In this document: in pieces, positions 59,125 through 64,000 of the stretch
Layout of the letters: every line of letters starts with the position of its first letter
Position numbering within the stretch: the first letter of the stretch is position 1
Assembly: GCA_009775705.1 (NCBI GenBank)
Contig: VSQE01000004.1
Location: 3,838-67,837 of the forward strand
Reading direction: 5' to 3'
DNA from: Prevotellamassilia sp.
Lineage (GTDB): Bacteria; Bacteroidota; Bacteroidia; Bacteroidales; Bacteroidaceae
Length of the DNA: 64,000 bases
Position numbers and translations under genes: made by a program
The notes under the pieces: model-generated
Databases searched by the model: none
The model's input: the letters and a program-made list of their open reading frames with translations, nothing else
What the model was told of the DNA's origin: nothing

Positions 59125-60351
59125 ATGGCAAAAAAGTTCAAACTGGTGCAGACTTCCGACGGGAAGAACTATCTGCTCCCTTTCGTACTCATCACGACGC
59201 TCTTTTTTCTCTGGGGCTTTGCCCACAGTATTCTGGACGTTCTCAACAAGCATTTCCAGGATGCGTTGGGAATCTCGAAAACCCGCTCGGCACTGGTGCA
59301 GGCCGTTGTCTACGGCGGCTACTTCCTGATGGCCCTGCCCGCCGGCAGCATCATCCGCCGTTTCGGCTACCGCATCGGCGTACTGACCGGACTGGTGCTC
59401 TACGGTCTGGGAGCCCTGCTGTTCATTCCGGGCGGCCGGCTGATGTCGTTCGAGTTCTTCCTGTTCTCCCTGTTCATCATCGGCTGCGGCCTCACCTGTT
59501 TAGAGACAGCCGCAAATCCTTACGTCACCGTGCTGGGCGATAAGAAATCGGCCGAACGCCGCATCAACTTCTCACAATCCTTCAACGGTCTCGGATGGAT
59601 ATGCGGTCCGCTCGTAGGCGGCCTGTTCCTTTTCTCCGGCAACGGTAACGATGGCGGCAACATCTCCATGCCCTACGCCATCATCGGCTGCGTGGTACTG
59701 CTCGTGGCCATCGCCTTCTCCCGCGCCCGTCTGCCCGAAGTGAAAGAAGAGGAAATACCGGCCGCCGGACAGGAGGCGTCCGAATCCGCCCGCCCGCTTT
59801 GGAGCCACCGCCACTTCACGGTCGGACTGACCGCCCTTTTCCTCTATGTGGCCGCACAGACAGGCATCAACAGCTTTTTCATCAACTATGCCACAGAAAA
59901 CGCATCGCTCAGCGCCCGCGATGCCTCTATCCTGCTGTCCTTTATCGGCATGGGGCTGTTCATGGCCGGCCGCATGATCGGCAGTTGGGCCATGAGCCGC
60001 ATCCGCGCCGAGCGTCTTCTGCAAGGCTGCGCCCTTGGCGCCGTCATCGCCATGGCCGTGATTCTGGCTGCCGACGGAACGGCCGGACTCGTTGCCTTCT
60101 TCCTGTGTTTTCTGTGCGAGAGCATCATGTTCCCCACCATTTTCGCTCTGTCCATCCGCGGATTAGGCGCACACACCAAACGCGCCTCTTCCTTCCTGAT
60201 CATGAGCATCGTGGGCGGTGCACTGGCTCCCGTCAGCATGGGATATATCGCCGACCATACATCCATTGCATGGGCTTTTGTCATACCGATGCTCTGCTTC
60301 GCCTTTATTCTCTGCTTCGCCACCCGATACCGTAAACTGATACGCAGATAA
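59125..60351 (+). CDS. FHS-family sugar:H+ symporter (FucP/GluP-like MFS transporter)
   Basis: Start at ATG 59125 (MAKKFKLVQTSDGKNYLLPFVLITTLFFLWGFAHSILDVLNKHFQ); 12 TM segments. Confidence 0.8.
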   Translation: MAKKFKLVQTSDGKNYLLPFVLITTLFFLWGFAHSILDVLNKHFQDALGISKTRSALVQAVVYGGYFLMALPAGSIIRRFGYRIGVLTGLVLYGLGALLFIPGGRLMSFEFFLFSLFIIGCGLTCLETAANPYVTVLGDKKSAERRINFSQSFNGLGWICGPLVGGLFLFSGNGNDGGNISMPYAIIGCVVLLVAIAFSRARLPEVKEEEIPAAGQEASESARPLWSHRHFTVGLTALFLYVAAQTGINSFFINYATENASLSARDASILLSFIGMGLFMAGRMIGSWAMSRIRAERLLQGCALGAVIAMAVILAADGTAGLVAFFLCFLCESIMFPTIFALSIRGLGAHTKRASSFLIMSIVGGALAPVSMGYIADHTSIAWAFVIPMLCFAFILCFATRYRKLIRR

Positions 60352-60362
60352 AGACTACGCGC

Positions 60363-60686
60363 ATGAACTGGCTGATACTGATTATCGCAGGATTTTTCGA
60401 GACGGGATTTGCCTTCTGTCTCGGGAAAGCGAAAGAAACAACAGGAACCGACCACTGGCTATGGCTGGCGGGCTTCGTCTTGTCGCTGGCCATGAGCATG
60501 CTCCTGCTGGCCAAGGCTGTCCAGACCATACCGTTAGGCACAGCCTATCCCGTATGGACCGGCATAGGCGCGGTGGGCACGGTGCTTGCGGGCATTCTGT
60601 TCTTTCACGATCCCGCCACTTTCTGGCGGATGTTTTTCATCACTACTCTGATTCTATCCATCATCGGACTGAAGGCTGTAAGCTGA
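60363..60686 (+). CDS. sugE: SMR family exporter SugE/Gdx-like
   Basis: 107 aa, 4 TM segments; MNWLILIIAGFFETGFA with conserved Glu; PLGTAYPVWTGIGAVG. Confidence 0.85.
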   Translation: MNWLILIIAGFFETGFAFCLGKAKETTGTDHWLWLAGFVLSLAMSMLLLAKAVQTIPLGTAYPVWTGIGAVGTVLAGILFFHDPATFWRMFFITTLILSIIGLKAVS

Positions 60687-60733
60687 CCTTCAGTCCTACT
60701 TTTTTCTTCGCACCAAGTCCTACATACGGTGTC

Positions 60734-61444
60734 TCAACCGTAAATGGCGAAGATTGCGGGAATCTTTGACAGGTCGGGGAGGTCTCCGGCCTGTTTCCAT
60801 TCGCGGACGGTGCGGGTGCGGATATATTCCTTGTCCGTGGTGAGACCGGCCGCCACACACAAGCGCGTCCGGGGATGACAGGCGGACAGGATGTCGGCAA
60901 TCATTCGGGAGTTCCGGTAAGGTGTCTCTATGAAAAGCTGAGTCTGATGCTCGGAAACGGAACGTGCCTCCAACGCCTTGAGACGACGGATGCGTCCGGC
61001 GGGGTCTACGGGGAGATAACCGTGGAAAGCAAAGCTCTGCCCGTTGAAGCCGGAGGCCATCACCGCCAGCAGGATGGACGAAGGGCCCACAAGCGGCACC
61101 ACCCGAAGGCCCTCGCGCTGGGCAATGGCCACGATGTCGGCACCCGGATCGGCCACGGCGGGACAACCGGCCTCACTGATGACTCCTACTGGCAAACCCG
61201 CACGCAAAGGATCGAGATAGCGCGAGAAACGGTCGGCGTCGGCATGTTTGCCCATCGGATAGAAGGTCAGAACATCAATGTCTATGGCCTTTTCCACCTG
61301 TTTGAGAAACCGGCGGGCCGTGCGCACCTCCTCGACAATGAAATGGCGGATGCCCAGAATGACAGACTTGTTACAGGCCGGCAGGACGTTGTCTAACGGC
61401 GTATCGCCCAGCGTGACGGGAATGAGATATAAAGCTGCTTCCAT
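60734..61444 (-). CDS. SAM-dependent methyltransferase of the tetrapyrrole-methylase fold (RsmI-like)
   Basis: 236 aa; YLIPVTLGD...ISEAGCPAVADPG...VPLVGPSS motifs. Confidence 0.7.
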   Translation of the reverse strand: MEAALYLIPVTLGDTPLDNVLPACNKSVILGIRHFIVEEVRTARRFLKQVEKAIDIDVLTFYPMGKHADADRFSRYLDPLRAGLPVGVISEAGCPAVADPGADIVAIAQREGLRVVPLVGPSSILLAVMASGFNGQSFAFHGYLPVDPAGRIRRLKALEARSVSEHQTQLFIETPYRNSRMIADILSACHPRTRLCVAAGLTTDKEYIRTRTVREWKQAGDLPDLSKIPAIFAIYG

Positions 61445-61468
61445 AGAAAAAAACGATCGGGAGAGGGG

Positions 61469-62476
61469 TCAGAGCGGCGCATAGCCGGACTGCTCCAACA
61501 GGACGGCGTGGTCATCGGTCTGAAGAAGTTCGTCCACCGTTACGTCGGGATGGCTCTCCATATATGCGTTGATGATGCGCATACCGATCCATGTACCTAC
61601 ACCGCGCGAATAAATGTCTTTAAAATAAGGATGCTCGGCAGCAAGGCTGAGTACGGAAAAAATCAGTGTGGAGTCGGACGTGTTCCGCAATTCCTCGCCG
61701 GAAAGGGCCTTCCAAACCTTCGGCTCGTTCTCGCGATACCAGTCGCGGGCCTCTTCGCAGAGGGTGGCCTCGTCAATCAGGGACTTATCGAGCACCTTCG
61801 CCACCACCCAGTTTATTTTTCCGGAATAGAGAATGCGTTCCATCAGCGTTCTGTCCGACACCCGGCGGGGCGGATATTTGGCGGCAAGATAGAAACGCAG
61901 AAAATCCTGTACCATCAGGTCGGGCTTCATGGTTGCCCGCTGGCATTCGGTAAAATACTTCCGATAAAGGGGATAATCGGTTCCCATATATTTGTCCAGA
62001 CTGATGCCGACGGTACTGTCGCCCACAACGATGCTTTGGTTAAGTGCCGACACTTGGGCATAAACACGTGGAGTCTCAAAGTCGGAACATTTCTCTGCCA
62101 AACTGCGGAGCGCTCCCTGCAAACGCTTCTCGAAAACGGTGAGATCGGCAAAGCGGTGGTCCACATCGCCTCTCAACACCTGAAGGGCGGAATCGTTGAA
62201 GAACGTGCGCAACGTATCGCCGATGCTCTCGTTCTCCAGTGTTCCCAATTGCAGTACACGCTCCACGAGCAACGATGTCTCCTGCGGGTAGTCTATCGTC
62301 AGCTGCTGCCAGGAAGAATAGTTACCCGTATGTACGAACTCATTGACCACACGGTCAAAACGCTCTATCTTCACCGTTCCGTCTTCGGGCTGCCCCATGA
62401 ACGCACGGTTCCACTCACAAGATGAAACGGAAAAAAGAACAGACAGACTGAAAAAAGAAACAAAAATAGCTTTCAC
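61469..62476 (-). CDS. GldB-like lipoprotein
   Basis: GTG start; lipobox LFSVSSC; overall resemblance to gliding-motility lipoprotein GldB family (uncertain). Confidence 0.45.
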   Translation of the reverse strand: MKAIFVSFFSLSVLFSVSSCEWNRAFMGQPEDGTVKIERFDRVVNEFVHTGNYSSWQQLTIDYPQETSLLVERVLQLGTLENESIGDTLRTFFNDSALQVLRGDVDHRFADLTVFEKRLQGALRSLAEKCSDFETPRVYAQVSALNQSIVVGDSTVGISLDKYMGTDYPLYRKYFTECQRATMKPDLMVQDFLRFYLAAKYPPRRVSDRTLMERILYSGKINWVVAKVLDKSLIDEATLCEEARDWYRENEPKVWKALSGEELRNTSDSTLIFSVLSLAAEHPYFKDIYSRGVGTWIGMRIINAYMESHPDVTVDELLQTDDHAVLLEQSGYAPL

Positions 62477-62502
62477 TGATCCTCCTTTTTATAAATGCGC
62501 GG

Positions 62503-62510
62503 CAAAGGTA
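62503..62510 (-). promoter_or_regulatory. candidate -7 box for the GldB-like gene
   Basis: Minus strand TACCTTTG, 27 nt upstream of the start at 62476. Confidence 0.4.
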
Positions 62511-62655
62511 CGTTTTTCCCTTTTTTCCAGCAAATAATATGTTAAAAAACGTCCCACATCTCACAAAGAATATCTTTCCGAAAAGATATATCATAAATAT
62601 TATTTCATTTTGCCACACAGACCACGCAATTCAATAGCAAAATGACAGAGCCCCC

Positions 62656-63681
62656 TCAAAACTTATCCTTCAGCGAGCCGAATGTCTTTCTTCCGCAAAG
62701 GTAATATTGGAAAAGAATGCTACACGAGGTTCTTTCGGGAATCCGCGCGCCGGTAGCGGCGGCCATATTCACGGCACGCGCCTCCCTGAAACCGGGGAGC
62801 AGGCGGCGGTATTCCCTTCGTGCCCGCCACACGGCGCGGGCATTGGACAGATCGCCCGTAAGCAGAAATTTCAGTGCGGCGATACAGTCCAGCCAGCCAC
62901 GCACCCGCATGATATGACGCAACTCTTCCTGCGGCAGATTCTTATAGAGCATCAGCAGGTTATTGCGGAAATTGAGGAAGGTCTTCCGCGGACTCTCCCG
63001 GTTCAGCGTCGCACCGCCCACATGATAGACTACAGAGCCGGGGATACAGACGATGCCCCGGCCACGTGCCCGCAACCGCCAGCAGAAGTCAATCTCCTCC
63101 ATGTGGGCGAAGAAGCGTCCGTCCAGTCCGCCGGCTTCCTCCCAGTCACGGCTGCGTACCATCAGGGCGGCCCCCGTGGCCCACATCACCGGAACAATGT
63201 CATCATACTGCCCGCGGTCGTTTTCCACATCGGCAAAGATGCGTCCCCGACAAAACGGGTAGCCGTAGCGGTCTATGAAACCTCCTGCTCCGCCGGCATA
63301 TTCAAAACTACCGCGATCGCGGTAGCTCAGCAGCTTGGGCTGACAGGCCGCCACCTCGGGGTGGGCATCCATATAGGACAGCATCGGCCGCAACCATCCC
63401 GCCACGGTCTCCACATCCGAATTAAGCAACACGAAATATTCTGCCCGCACCTGTTCAAGCGCTTTGTTGTAACCGTCGGCAAACCCGTAGTTCCGCCCCA
63501 GTTCTATCAGCCGGACTTCGGGAAACTCGTTCCGAAGCATCGCGCACGAATCATCGTCGGAACCGTTGTCGGCCACTACAACCTCAGCCTCGTCCGAGGA
63601 ATGGGCCACAACGAAAGGCAGGAAACTCCGCATCATCGACGCGCCGTTCCAGTTGAGTATCACTACCGCTATTCTCTTCAT
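62656..63681 (-). CDS. family 2 glycosyltransferase
   Basis: Start at ATG 63681 (MKRIAVVILNWNG); DNGSDD and later DxD-like motifs. Confidence 0.8.
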   Translation of the reverse strand: MKRIAVVILNWNGASMMRSFLPFVVAHSSDEAEVVVADNGSDDDSCAMLRNEFPEVRLIELGRNYGFADGYNKALEQVRAEYFVLLNSDVETVAGWLRPMLSYMDAHPEVAACQPKLLSYRDRGSFEYAGGAGGFIDRYGYPFCRGRIFADVENDRGQYDDIVPVMWATGAALMVRSRDWEEAGGLDGRFFAHMEEIDFCWRLRARGRGIVCIPGSVVYHVGGATLNRESPRKTFLNFRNNLLMLYKNLPQEELRHIMRVRGWLDCIAALKFLLTGDLSNARAVWRARREYRRLLPGFREARAVNMAAATGARIPERTSCSILFQYYLCGRKTFGSLKDKF

Positions 63682-63700
63682 GTTTGTTCTTTCGGGGAAA

Positions 63701-64000
63701 TTATACGGGCAAAGCCTGAAGGGCCTTTCCTTCTTCGGTAAAATCGCCCAGACGGGCGGGCAGCAAGACATTGTCACCGACGGTGCCTTCCGTCATCGCC
63801 ACACGGATGTAGTTGTCCGTAAAGCCGTGCCATGTGCCACCGTTTCGGGCATGCTCCCAAAGCACAGACCTACAGTCGCCCACATAGCGGGCATAGAAGG
63901 CACGGCGTTTACGCTCGGAGAGTTCCAGCAGACGGCGGCTGCGCTCGTGCTTCTCCTGTGGCGAGACACTGTGGGGAATCTCCAACGCCTTGGTTCCGGG
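63701..64000 (-). CDS. mtaB: tRNA methylthiotransferase MtaB, C-terminal part (5' end outside window)
   Basis: The frame stays open to the window edge (..PGTKALEIPHSVSPQEKHERSRRLLELS..), with a TRAM-domain-like C-terminus. The tracked M is a TTG inside the gene. Confidence 0.65.
   Translation of the reverse strand, partial: PGTKALEIPHSVSPQEKHERSRRLLELSERKRRAFYARYVGDCRSVLWEHARNGGTWHGFTDNYIRVAMTEGTVGDNVLLPARLGDFTEEGKALQALPV

Noticed and set aside
60352-60362. Guanidine riboswitch upstream of sugE/gdx
   Set aside because: Only 11 nt separate sugE from the preceding transporter gene, which leaves no room for a riboswitch. The gene is probably co-transcribed.
1-64000. Search of all six frames for mobile-element, phage, CRISPR or known defence-system hallmarks (integrase, transposase, Cas, restriction/methylase, toxin-antitoxin pairs)
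   Set aside because: Nothing recognisable was found. Every long ORF not listed as a feature lies antisense to a well-supported housekeeping gene.

Overview
This window looks like core chromosome from a relatively GC-rich member of the Bacteroidales (phylum Bacteroidota). The evidence is TAnnTTTG -7 promoter boxes in front of most genes, a serine palmitoyltransferase (sphingolipid) gene, a secreted nuclease with a T9SS-type C-terminal domain, GldB-like and LptC/LptE lipoproteins, and the ilvD-ilvB-ilvN-thioesterase-ilvC operon layout. About 57 protein genes and one tRNA-Tyr can be called. They cover branched-chain amino-acid synthesis, pyrF, recF, ribH, an AddAB-like helicase-nuclease pair, rpmE, truA, rpsF-rpsR-rplI, rfbD, spt plus a lipid kinase, coaX, lptC, pgi, dnaX, slyD, aroC, a sigma-54 activator with lptE and secG, sugar/SMR transporters, and a regulator-linked porin/imelysin/di-haem/CcsBA envelope cluster. 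I found no integrase, transposase, phage gene, CRISPR array or recognisable defence system in any frame. The unusual content is mostly non-coding. (1) A ~260-bp intergenic module is present twice, with a possible rearranged third remnant. It carries a canonical Bacteroidetes promoter, a short hairpin-terminated transcript and an AT-rich switchable hairpin. (2) A 21-bp palindromic unit is tandemly repeated at two distant loci. (3) A candidate promoter-to-terminator sRNA lies after aroC. On the coding side, the points of note are a DUF1111 di-haem gene with two closely spaced in-frame stops, a hemerythrin-like LuxR regulator divergent from the envelope cluster, and a large receiver-like/PEP-binding protein of unknown role. 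All family assignments come from motif and sequence recognition by eye, and no searches were run.
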